Assembly (NCBI GenBank): GCA_963663275.1
Contig: OY760183.1
Coordinates: 2,816,001 to 2,880,000, forward strand
Reading direction: 5' to 3'
Length of the DNA: 64,000 nt
From: Chloroflexota bacterium
GTDB taxonomy: Bacteria > Chloroflexota > UBA11872 > VXOZ01
Part shown: in pieces, positions 54,678-64,000 of the stretch
Position numbering within the stretch: the first letter of the stretch is position 1
How the letters are laid out: every line of letters starts with the position of its first letter
Position numbers and translations under genes: made by a program
The notes under the pieces: model-generated
What the model was told of the DNA's origin: nothing
Database searches by the model: none
The model's input: only the letters and a program-made list of their open reading frames with translations

Positions 54678-56750
54678 ATGGAACGCCACTTTCCCATAGA
54701 ACGCTACCGCAATATCGGCATTATTGCGCACATCGACGCCGGCAAGACCACCACGACCGAGCGGGTGCTCTTCTACTCCGGGCGCATCCACCGCATGGGC
54801 GAGGTGCACGAAGGCACCACGGCCATGGACTACATGGTGCAGGAGCGCGAGCGCGGCATCACCATCACGGCGGCCGCCACTACCTCCATGTGGCGCGACC
54901 ACCGCGTCAACATCATCGATACGCCCGGTCACGTGGACTTTACCGCCGAGGTCGAGCGCTCGCTGCGGGTCCTGGACGGCGGCGTGGTAGTCTTCGACGC
55001 GGTTTCAGGTGTCGAGGCCCAATCGGAGACGGTGTGGCGTCAGGCGGACCGCTACGGCGTGCCGCGCATCTGCTTCGTCAACAAGATGGACCGCATCGGC
55101 GCCGACTTCTGGAACTGCATCGACATGATCCGCGAACGCTTGCAGGCGCAGCCGGTGCCGATCCAGATACCCCTGGGCGCGGAAGACTCTTTCACCGGCA
55201 TGATCGACCTCTTCACGATGGAGGCGGTCGTCTTCACGGACGAACTCGGCGCAAAGCCAACCATCGGCCCGATACCGGACGAGTTGCGCGCGGAGGCGGA
55301 ACTGCGCCGCCACGAGATGGTAGAAGCCATTGCCGAACACGACGAAGACCTGCTCCTCAAGTACCTGAACGATGAGGAGATTTCCAACGCGGAACTCAAG
55401 GCGGCGCTGCGGCGCGCGACCTGCGAGGTTACGCTGGTGCCCGTCCTGTGCGGCGCGGCCCTGCGCAACAAGGGCGTGCAGCCGTTGCTCGACGCGGTGG
55501 TGGACTTCCTGCCCTCTCCCACCGACGTGCCGCCCATCAAGGGCCTGGCGCCGGTGTCCGGCATGGAAGAGTCCCGGCCCTCCAGCGATTCCGCTCCGTT
55601 TGCGGCGCTGGCATTCAAAGTGGTCACGGATCCGTTCAGCGGCCGCCTGGTCTACTTGCGCGTCTACTCGGGCACGGCCGAGGCCGGTATGCAGATGCTC
55701 AACGCGAGCCGCAACCGGCGCGAACGGCTGGGACGCTTGCTCTTGATGCACGCCGACAAGCGGGAAGAGATTTCGAGCATCTTCGCCGGCGACATCGTGG
55801 CCGCGGTGGGCTTGAAAGACACGGTGACGGGGGATACCCTCTCCGCCGTGAACCATCCGATTGCGCTCGAGTCGATTAGCTTCCCGGACCCGGTGCTTCA
55901 CATGGCAATCGAACCGAAGAGCCGCCTGGAAGAAGACCGGCTGTCCGCGGCGCTGCGGCGTTTGTCCGAAGAGGATCCCACGTTCCGCGCCGGCCAGGAC
56001 CAGCAAACCGGCGAGACCATCATCGGCGGCATGGGCGAGTTGCACCTGGAGGTAATCGCCGACCGGCTGCTGCGCGAGTTCAACGTGGAAGCGTCCCTGG
56101 GCGCGCCGCAAGTAGCATACAAGGAGACGGTCCAGCACCCGGTGGAGCAGGAAGGCCGGTTCATCCGGCAGACCGGCGGCCGGGGACAGTACGGCCACGT
56201 CTGGCTGCGCATCGAGCCGTTGGAAAGCGGCGCCGGCAACGAAGTCGAGAACGCCATCATCGGCGGCACGATTCCCAGGGAGTACATCCCGGCGGTGCAA
56301 GCCGGCATCAGAGACAGCCTGCTGGCCGGCCCGCTCGGCTACCCGGTGGTGGACGTGCGCGTTACGGTATTCGACGGCTCGTTCCACCCGGTGGATTCAT
56401 CCGAACTCGCGTTCCACAACGCCGCGGTCGTGGCCATGCGCGAGGGCCTCAAGAAGGCGCGGCCCGTGACGCTGGAGCCGATCATGGAAGTGGAAGTGAT
56501 GATCCCGGAGGAGTTTCTCGGCGAAATCGCCGGCGCGCTCAACGCCCGGCGCGGCAGCATCGACGAAATCCAAACCCGGCTGGGCACGAAGGTGATCCAG
56601 GCCAAGGTGCCGCTGGCCGCGATGTTCGGCTATGTAAACACCCTGCGTTCCAGCACCCAGGGCCGCGGCACGTATTCAATGCAATTCTCGCACTACCAGC
56701 AAGTGGCGGAAAGCGCCCGGGAACTGGTAGCCAGAGCCGGCAGACACTAG
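54678..56750 (+). CDS. fusA: Elongation factor G
   Basis: [28 protein letters not shown] and [10 protein letters not shown] motifs. Confidence 0.98.
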   Translation: MERHFPIERYRNIGIIAHIDAGKTTTTERVLFYSGRIHRMGEVHEGTTAMDYMVQERERGITITAAATTSMWRDHRVNIIDTPGHVDFTAEVERSLRVLDGGVVVFDAVSGVEAQSETVWRQADRYGVPRICFVNKMDRIGADFWNCIDMIRERLQAQPVPIQIPLGAEDSFTGMIDLFTMEAVVFTDELGAKPTIGPIPDELRAEAELRRHEMVEAIAEHDEDLLLKYLNDEEISNAELKAALRRATCEVTLVPVLCGAALRNKGVQPLLDAVVDFLPSPTDVPPIKGLAPVSGMEESRPSSDSAPFAALAFKVVTDPFSGRLVYLRVYSGTAEAGMQMLNASRNRRERLGRLLLMHADKREEISSIFAGDIVAAVGLKDTVTGDTLSAVNHPIALESISFPDPVLHMAIEPKSRLEEDRLSAALRRLSEEDPTFRAGQDQQTGETIIGGMGELHLEVIADRLLREFNVEASLGAPQVAYKETVQHPVEQEGRFIRQTGGRGQYGHVWLRIEPLESGAGNEVENAIIGGTIPREYIPAVQAGIRDSLLAGPLGYPVVDVRVTVFDGSFHPVDSSELAFHNAAVVAMREGLKKARPVTLEPIMEVEVMIPEEFLGEIAGALNARRGSIDEIQTRLGTKVIQAKVPLAAMFGYVNTLRSSTQGRGTYSMQFSHYQQVAESARELVARAGRH

Positions 56751-56804
56751 ACGGTACGAACACAGACCTCACTGTGCGCATGAGCAGAAGGAGAGAGCAG
56801 TAGG

Positions 56805-58007
<1,203 letters not shown>

Positions 58008-58010
58008 CTT

Positions 58011-58322
58011 ATGGCGCAACAGACCATTCGCATCCGGTTGAAGGCTTTCGACCACAGAGTGCTCGATCAGTCGGCGGGCCAGATCGTCAGCGCCGCCCAG
58101 GGCACCGGCGCGCGCATTGCGGGCCCGATTCCGCTGCCCACGGAGATAAACAAGTACACGGTCATTCGCTCGCCCTTCATCGATAAGGATTCGCGCGAGC
58201 AGTTCGAAGTGCGCACGCACAAACGGCTGATCGACGTGCTCGAACCCAACGCCAAGACGATGGATGCGCTCCTGCGGCTGGAATTGCCCGCGGGTGTGGA
58301 TATTGAAATGAAGTCCATGTAG
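58011..58322 (+). CDS. rpsJ: 30S ribosomal protein S10
   Basis: [16 protein letters not shown] and SREQFE motifs. Confidence 0.98.
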   Translation: MAQQTIRIRLKAFDHRVLDQSAGQIVSAAQGTGARIAGPIPLPTEINKYTVIRSPFIDKDSREQFEVRTHKRLIDVLEPNAKTMDALLRLELPAGVDIEMKSM

Positions 58323-58337
58323 AGGAATGCCGCACGC

Positions 58338-59003
58338 ATGTCAATCGGCTTAATCGGCAAGAAAATCGGAATGACGCAGGTCTTCGACGGCGCGGGCGCC
58401 GCCGTGCCGGTGACGGTTGTCCAGGCGGGGCCGTGCACCGTGGTGCAGGTCAAGACCGCCGCGGGCCCGGATGGCTATAATGCCGTGCAGCTTGGGCTGG
58501 GCGAACGCCTGAAGAACGTCACCAACCCGGCGCGGGGCCATGCCGCCAAGCATCTGGGCGACGATGCCGCCGTGCCCCGGGATCTGCGCGAGTTTCCGGT
58601 GGCGGACCCGAGCGCGTACGAAGCCGGGCAGACGCTCAACGTGGATCTCTTTGCCGCGGGCCAGGCGGTGGACGTGACCGGCATCTCCAAAGGCAAGGGC
58701 TTTGCCGGCGTGATGCGGCGGCATAACTTCAGCGGACAGCAGAAGACCCACGGTCAATCCGACCGCTGGCGCGCCCCGGGCGCGGTCGGCATGGGCACCA
58801 CCCCGGGCCGCGTGTGGAAAGGCCAGCCCATGGCGGGCAGAATGGGGCAAGACCGGGTAACGGTGCAGAATCTGGAAGTGGTAGACGTTGTGAGCGAGCA
58901 AGACATCCTGCTCATCAAGGGCGCGGTGCCCGGCGGGCCGGGCAGCCTGGTCACGGTGCGGCCCGCGGTGAAGGCGCCCGGTTCAGCGCAGGCAAGCGAG
59001 TAG
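58338..59003 (+). CDS. rplC: 50S ribosomal protein L3
   Basis: GKKIGMTQ, SKGKGFAG and KGAVPG motifs. Confidence 0.98.
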   Translation: MSIGLIGKKIGMTQVFDGAGAAVPVTVVQAGPCTVVQVKTAAGPDGYNAVQLGLGERLKNVTNPARGHAAKHLGDDAAVPRDLREFPVADPSAYEAGQTLNVDLFAAGQAVDVTGISKGKGFAGVMRRHNFSGQQKTHGQSDRWRAPGAVGMGTTPGRVWKGQPMAGRMGQDRVTVQNLEVVDVVSEQDILLIKGAVPGGPGSLVTVRPAVKAPGSAQASE

Positions 59004-59009
59004 AACGCA

Positions 59010-59636
59010 ATGGACGTGCAAATTATCGACACACAGGGCAATCCCGCCGGCAGCACGGCGCTGCCCCCGCACATCTTCGACATCGAGCCGCACGCGGCGT
59101 TGGTGCACCAGGCCGTAATCCGGGACGAAGCCGGGCAACGGCTGGGCAGCGCCAGCACCAAGACCCGCAGCGAGGTGCGCGGCGGCGGGCGCAAGCCCTG
59201 GCGCCAGAAGCACACCGGCCGCGCGCGCCACGGCAGCCGGCGCTCGCCCATTTGGCGCACCGGCGGCGTGACGTTCGGCCCCCACCCGCGCGACTATCAC
59301 CGCGCCATGCCGCGCAAGATGTGGCGCAAGGCGATGTTTTCCGCGCTATCCGATAAGGCGCGGTCCAACCGCCTGCTGGTTGTGAGCGCCTTTCCCCAGG
59401 AGAGGATCAGCACCAAAGAACAGGCGGCGTTCCTGGACCAGCTCGGCGCTACCGAAAGCGCGCTCTACGTAACGGTGTCGCCGCCGGAGGAACTCACCCT
59501 TTCCATCCGCAACCTGCCCGGCGTGGCGCTCTCGACCCCGCACACGCTCAGCGTCCGCGACGTGGTCGTCTTCGAGCACCTGATCTTCGATACGGAAGCC
59601 GTGGCCGCGTGCGAACGACTGTGGGGGCAAACATGA
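59010..59636 (+). CDS. rplD: 50S ribosomal protein L4
   Basis: TKTRSEVRGGGRKPWRQK-x-TGRAR. Confidence 0.98.
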   Translation: MDVQIIDTQGNPAGSTALPPHIFDIEPHAALVHQAVIRDEAGQRLGSASTKTRSEVRGGGRKPWRQKHTGRARHGSRRSPIWRTGGVTFGPHPRDYHRAMPRKMWRKAMFSALSDKARSNRLLVVSAFPQERISTKEQAAFLDQLGATESALYVTVSPPEELTLSIRNLPGVALSTPHTLSVRDVVVFEHLIFDTEAVAACERLWGQT

Positions 59637-59920
59637 AAACCGCCCAGGAAGTCCTCATCCGGCCGCTCATTACGGAGAAGGGCACCCTGCTCTCCGACCA
59701 GAATAAGTATCTCTTCGCCGTGGCGCCGGACGCCACCAAGATCGACGTGCGGCGCGCCGTGGAGCAGACGTTTGGCGTAACCGTGCTGTCCGTGAACGTC
59801 ATGAACGTGCCCGGCAAAGAAAAGCGCTTCGGCCGGCACCGCTACCGCACGCCCCGCTGGCGCAAGGCGATCGTATCGTTGCGGGCCGGCCAGACGATCG
59901 ACCTCTTCAGCGGAGTCTAG
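59633..59920 (+). CDS. rplW: 50S ribosomal protein L23
   Basis: PLITEK and KAIV-x-L; ATGA overlap with rplD. Confidence 0.97.
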   Translation: MKTAQEVLIRPLITEKGTLLSDQNKYLFAVAPDATKIDVRRAVEQTFGVTVLSVNVMNVPGKEKRFGRHRYRTPRWRKAIVSLRAGQTIDLFSGV

Positions 59921-59934
59921 GGAAGGATGAGCCG

Positions 59935-60765
59935 ATGCCAGTAAAATCCTACAAGCCCACCTCCGCCGGACGGCGCGGCATGACCGCGGTCGAGAACAGC
60001 GACATCACCAAGGCCAAGCCGGAGCGGCGGCTGACCAAAGGCCTGAAGCGCAAGGCCGGCCGCAACGTCTCGGGCAAACTCACCGTGCGCCACCGCGGCG
60101 GCGGCCACAAGCGCCGCTATAGGACGATAGACTTCAAACGTGATAAGATAGGGATTCCCGGTACTGTAAAGGCAATCGAGTACGACCCGAACCGGAGCGC
60201 CCGCATCGCGCTGGTCGCCTATCGCGACGGCGAAAAGCGCTACATTCTGGCGGCAGCCGGTTTGAACGTTGGCCATACGGTGGTGTCGGGGCCGGACGCG
60301 CCGATACGCCCCGGCAACTGCCTGCCGCTGCGCAACATTCCGGCCGGCACGGCGGTGCACAACCTGGAACTCCAGGCCGGGCGCGGCGGACAGCTTGCCC
60401 GCAGCGCGGGATCGTCGGTGCAACTTATGACGAAAGAGAGCGATTACGCGGTCATACGGCTGCCGTCGGGTGAAATTCGCCGCGTGCACCTGACGTGCAT
60501 GGCAACCGTCGGCCAGGCGAGCAACGTGGATCACGTCGGCGCGACGACCGGCAAGGCGGGCAGGGCCCGCTGGAAAGGGCGGCGGCCCACGGTGCGCGGC
60601 TCCGCCATGAATCCCCGGGACCATCCGCACGGCGGCGGCGAAGGCAAAGCGCCGATTGGCTTGCCGGGTCCCAAGACGCCCTGGGGGAAGCCGGCGCTGG
60701 GTTTGCGCACGCGCAAGCGAAAGCCGTCGGACAAGTTCATCTTGCGCCGCCGTTACGCGCGCTAG
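59935..60765 (+). CDS. rplB: 50S ribosomal protein L2
   Basis: [13 protein letters not shown] and MNP[10 protein letters not shown] motifs. Confidence 0.98.
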   Translation: MPVKSYKPTSAGRRGMTAVENSDITKAKPERRLTKGLKRKAGRNVSGKLTVRHRGGGHKRRYRTIDFKRDKIGIPGTVKAIEYDPNRSARIALVAYRDGEKRYILAAAGLNVGHTVVSGPDAPIRPGNCLPLRNIPAGTAVHNLELQAGRGGQLARSAGSSVQLMTKESDYAVIRLPSGEIRRVHLTCMATVGQASNVDHVGATTGKAGRARWKGRRPTVRGSAMNPRDHPHGGGEGKAPIGLPGPKTPWGKPALGLRTRKRKPSDKFILRRRYAR

Positions 60766-60780
60766 GAGGAATCGCACGCT

Positions 60781-61065
60781 ATGTCGCGGTCATTGAAAAA
60801 GGGACCGTTTGTCGACGAAAAGCTGCTGAAGCGCGTTCAGACGATGAACGACAGCGGCCAAAAGCGCGTGCTGCGCACGTGGTCCCGCGCCTCCACCATC
60901 TTTCCGGACATGGTGGGCCATACGATCGCCGTGCATGACGGCCGGCGCCACGTGCCGGTCTACGTCACGGAGAACATGGTGGGGCACAAACTGGGCGAAT
61001 TCGCGCCAACGCGCAACTTTCGCGGGCATTCCCGCGAAGACCGCACGACCCAAGTGCGCGCTTAA
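60781..61065 (+). CDS. rpsS: 30S ribosomal protein S19
   Basis: RSLKKGPF and [11 protein letters not shown] motifs. Confidence 0.98.
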   Translation: MSRSLKKGPFVDEKLLKRVQTMNDSGQKRVLRTWSRASTIFPDMVGHTIAVHDGRRHVPVYVTENMVGHKLGEFAPTRNFRGHSREDRTTQVRA

Positions 61066-61080
61066 CTGAGGATACTGCGG

Positions 61081-61452
61081 ATGCAAGTACAAGCGATCGG
61101 CAAATACCTGCGGGTGTCGCCGCGTAAAGCGCGCCGCGTCGCCGCTACCGTAACCGGGCGCTCTGCCGGGGAGGCGCTGGCAATCCTGCGCTTCCTGCCC
61201 AGCCCAACGGCGCGCATGTTGGCGAAAGTCGTGCGCTCCGCCATGGCCAACGCGGAGAACACGTACAACCTGGACCCGGCCGAACTGACGGTGGCCAGCG
61301 TGCGGGTAGACAAAGGCCCGGCAATGAAACGCTTAGACCCAAAGGCGCGCGGCCAGTGGGGCCTGCGCAAGAAGCGCACCAGCCACGTAACCGTAATCGT
61401 CGCGGACGAGGATAGTGCTGATGATGAGGAGATCCTGAGCAGTGGGGCGTAA
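61081..61452 (+). CDS. rplV: 50S ribosomal protein L22
   Basis: SPRKAR, SAMANA and KRTSHVT motifs. Confidence 0.97.
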   Translation: MQVQAIGKYLRVSPRKARRVAATVTGRSAGEALAILRFLPSPTARMLAKVVRSAMANAENTYNLDPAELTVASVRVDKGPAMKRLDPKARGQWGLRKKRTSHVTVIVADEDSADDEEILSSGA

Positions 61453-62290
61453 AGTTCACCCGGTCGGCTTCCGCTTAGGCTTCAATCGGACGTGGAGCAG
61501 CCGCTGGTATGCCGGCAAAGAGTACGCGGCGCTCACCGAAGAAGACAGCAAGATACGGAAGATGGTTCTTGCTCAGTTCGAGCAGACCCGCGCCAGCCGC
61601 ACCGGCGGCCGGCGGGGCGGCATGGGCGCCGGCATCTCCCAGGTAGACATCGAGCGCGCCGGCACCACCATTAAAGTGGACATCCATACCGCGCGCCCCG
61701 GTATCGTCATTGGACGCGGCGGCGCCGCCCAGGCCCAATTGCGCAAGGACCTGCGCGAACTGACCGGCAAGAACGTGCGCACCAATATCATCGAAATCAA
61801 GCAGCCGGAGACCAACGCCTTCCTGGTGGCGCGGGCCGTGGCCGAGCAACTTGAGCGGCGGGTTTCGCCCCGCCGGGCGATCAAGATGGCGGCCGACCGC
61901 GTGATCCGCTCCGGCGCAATCGGCGTGAAGCTGATGGTCGGCGGCCGCCTCGGCGGCGCGGAGATGTCGCGCAGCGAGAAGGAAATTCGCGGCACGGTGC
62001 CGCTGCAAACGCTGCGCGCCAACGTCGATTACGGCTTCACCCAGGCCCAGACCACCTACGGCATTCTGGGCGTGAAGGCCTGGATATATACCGGCGACGT
62101 TACGCCGGAAGAGTTCTACGCCCGGCAGGAAGCGGCCGCGCCGGAAGAGACTCCGCCGCCACCGCCGCGCCGGCGGCGCAGACGCCCGCGGCGCAGCGCG
62201 GATCGCGCCGGGGGTGAGGGCGGCCAGGGCAGGCGCCGCGGCGGCGCCCAGCGCGACAGGAGTTCCGGCCCAAGAGAAGCGAGCGAGTAG
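61442..62290 (+). CDS. rpsC: 30S ribosomal protein S3
   Basis: [26 protein letters not shown] and PLQTLRA motifs; Arg/Pro-rich tail. Confidence 0.98.
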   Translation: MGRKVHPVGFRLGFNRTWSSRWYAGKEYAALTEEDSKIRKMVLAQFEQTRASRTGGRRGGMGAGISQVDIERAGTTIKVDIHTARPGIVIGRGGAAQAQLRKDLRELTGKNVRTNIIEIKQPETNAFLVARAVAEQLERRVSPRRAIKMAADRVIRSGAIGVKLMVGGRLGGAEMSRSEKEIRGTVPLQTLRANVDYGFTQAQTTYGILGVKAWIYTGDVTPEEFYARQEAAAPEETPPPPPRRRRRRPRRSADRAGGEGGQGRRRGGAQRDRSSGPREASE

Positions 62291-62298
62291 AGCCAGCC

Positions 62299-62721
62299 AT
62301 GTTGATGCCGAAACGCACCAAGCACCGCAAAGTCCACCGCGGCCACCGGCGAGGCAAAGCCTACCGGGGTTCCACCATCGCCTTTGGCGACTTTGCCCTC
62401 CAGGCCACCGCGGGCGGTTGGGTTGACAATCGACAGATCGAAGCGGCGCGCCGCGCGGTGACGCACCACATCCGGCGCGGCGGACAGATGTGGATTCGCA
62501 TCTTTCCCGATAAAGGACTGAGCAAGAAGCCCGTGGAGGTACGGATGGGCGGCGGCAAAGGCCCGCCGGAACAGTGGGTTGCCATCGTCAAGCCCGGCCG
62601 CATCCTCTTCGAACTGGCCGGCGTGCCCGAAGACGTGGCGGCGGAAGCCATGCTGCGCGCCGCCCACAAATTGTCGGTAAAGACCCGCTTCATCTCGCGG
62701 GAAACCCCGGAAATCGTGTAA
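62299..62721 (+). CDS. rplP: 50S ribosomal protein L16
   Basis: MLMPKR, QIEAAR, WIRIFPD and RMG-x-GKG motifs. Confidence 0.98.
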   Translation: MLMPKRTKHRKVHRGHRRGKAYRGSTIAFGDFALQATAGGWVDNRQIEAARRAVTHHIRRGGQMWIRIFPDKGLSKKPVEVRMGGGKGPPEQWVAIVKPGRILFELAGVPEDVAAEAMLRAAHKLSVKTRFISRETPEIV

Positions 62722-62749
62722 GCGAAGAGCGGCGAGGAAAGACTGCGAA

Positions 62750-62953
62750 ATGGCGAAACCGGCGGAACTGCGCGCCTTGAGCGCGGAAGACTTGCAGGAA
62801 CGGCTGGATGAGGCTCAGGAAGAGTTGTTCAACCTGCGCTCGCAACAGGCGACGGTGCAGCTTGAGAATCCCGCCCGCTTCGGCATTCTCTTCCGCGAAG
62901 TTGCCCGCATCAAGACGATCATGCGCGAACGAGAACTCGGCATCAATAGCTAA
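62750..62953 (+). CDS. rpmC: 50S ribosomal protein L29
   Basis: ELFNLR...ARIKT; position in operon. Confidence 0.96.
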   Translation: MAKPAELRALSAEDLQERLDEAQEELFNLRSQQATVQLENPARFGILFREVARIKTIMRERELGINS

Positions 62954-62976
62954 GAGCGAGAATAGAGATACACCTA

Positions 62977-63315
62977 ATGGCAGCAGAGGCAAAAGCAACC
63001 GGCCGCCGGAAGCAGCGCAAAGGCGTGGTGGTAAGCGACAAGATGGATAAGTCCGTCGTCGTCGCCGTCACCCGCGTGCGCCGCCATCCGTTGTACAAGA
63101 AGACCGTGCGCAGCACCAAGAAGTACCTGGCGCACAGTCCGCGCAACGACGTGCACACCGGCGACCGCGTGCTCATCGAGGAAACGCGGCCGCTCTCCAA
63201 ACGCAAGCATTGGCGGGTAGTGCACGTGATCGAGCGCGGCGAACAAGCGGCAGTGGACATTATCGATGATACGGCAGCCGCCCTGCCGCCGGAACCCGCA
63301 GAGGCGGCCCCATGA
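62977..63315 (+). CDS. rpsQ: 30S ribosomal protein S17
   Basis: [16 protein letters not shown] and ETRPLSK motifs. Confidence 0.97.
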   Translation: MAAEAKATGRRKQRKGVVVSDKMDKSVVVAVTRVRRHPLYKKTVRSTKKYLAHSPRNDVHTGDRVLIEETRPLSKRKHWRVVHVIERGEQAAVDIIDDTAAALPPEPAEAAP

Positions 63316-63680
63316 TTCGAGAGACGTCACGCCTGAAGGTCGCCGACAATTCCGGCGCCCGCGAGATCATGTGCATTCGCGTGCTCGGCGGCTCGCGCCG
63401 CAAGTACGGCGGCATCGGCAGCATCGTCGTCGCTTCCGTTAAGGAGGCCGTGCCCCTCAGCCAGGTGCGTGAAGGCGAAGTGGTGCGCGCGCTGATCGTG
63501 CGCACGGCCAAAGAATACCGGCGCACGGACGGTTCCAGCATTCGCTTCGACGATAACGCCGCCGTTATCCTGGGCCCGCAGAACATGCCGCGCGGCACCC
63601 GCATCTTCGGGCCGGTGGCGCGGGAACTGCGAGAGATGGGATTCATGCGCATCATTTCCCAAGCGCCGGAGGTGCTCTAG
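63312..63680 (+). CDS. rplN: 50S ribosomal protein L14
   Basis: VADNSGA, FDDNAAV and [12 protein letters not shown] motifs. Confidence 0.98.
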   Translation: MIRETSRLKVADNSGAREIMCIRVLGGSRRKYGGIGSIVVASVKEAVPLSQVREGEVVRALIVRTAKEYRRTDGSSIRFDDNAAVILGPQNMPRGTRIFGPVARELREMGFMRIISQAPEVL

Positions 63681-63682
63681 CC

Positions 63683-64000
63683 ATGCAGCGGATTCAATCC
63701 GGCGATCAAGTGGAAATAATGCGGGGCAAGGACCGGGGCAAGCGCGGTCGCGTAATGCGCGTGCTCCTGGCCGACCGGCGCGTGGTGGTGGAAGGCGTCA
63801 ACATCGTCAAGCGCCATCAGCGCCCTATGCCGCCCATGCAGCCCGGCGGCATCATCGAGATGCCGGCGCCGCTGGCGGAGTCGAACGTCAAGATCGTGTG
63901 CCCCAATTGCGACCAGCCGGCCCGCGTCGGCTACCGCATCCTGGAAGACGGCAGCAAGGCGCGCGTGTGCAAGCAATGCAAAGAGATTATCGGCCAAGAG
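63683..64000 (+). CDS. rplX: 50S ribosomal protein L24 (truncated by window edge)
   Basis: Manual translation MQRIQSGDQVEIMRGKDRGKRG...VVVEGVNIVKRH...CPNC...CKQC; no stop in window. Confidence 0.95.
   Translation, partial: MQRIQSGDQVEIMRGKDRGKRGRVMRVLLADRRVVVEGVNIVKRHQRPMPPMQPGGIIEMPAPLAESNVKIVCPNCDQPARVGYRILEDGSKARVCKQCKEIIGQE

Noticed and set aside
63895-63985. CPNC/CKQC zinc ribbon in L24, and low-complexity tails in S3, S17 and L22
   Set aside because: Known lineage-level variation of ribosomal proteins; not novel.

Overview
High-GC bacterial chromosome segment, probably Chloroflexota. That assignment is an inference from Tat-lipoprotein solute-binding paralogues, a baseplate-J-like/ruvX/mltG arrangement, an archaeal-type ATP-dependent ligase, cbiZ and a contiguous str-S10-spc ribosomal cluster. 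Most of the window is housekeeping or metabolic: pheA (partial), ferredoxin, an enolase-family enzyme, sixA, a DUF1854 + ABC exporter pair, mltG, ruvX, three orphan solute-binding proteins, amidohydrolases, a heavy-metal P1B ATPase, DNA ligase, cbiZ-folE-folC-phosphatase-pncB, D-amino-acid enzymes, tRNA-Pro(TGG), ppdK, pcm, a Xer-like recombinase, a metalloprotease, GH15, lspA, rluA-family, fabH and rpsL through rplX (partial). Intergenic DNA carries at least five families of REP-like palindromes and nested MITE-like elements. No CRISPR array, transposase or prophage was seen. The main novelty candidate is a 2.6 kb island (46.98-49.62 kb) with four small unannotatable ORFs in an A-B-A'-B' pattern. 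All four share one CxxC...(W/Y)GP(D/E) domain, three begin MPxH, and the island has a clear promoter, a structured leader and nested MITEs between the genes. Other oddities: a hexapeptide repeat plus a REP translated in frame inside DNA ligase, a metallophosphoesterase without a canonical start codon, MltG with a Tat-lipoprotein signal, and a K43R-equivalent S12. All product calls come from motif recognition by eye; no searches were run.
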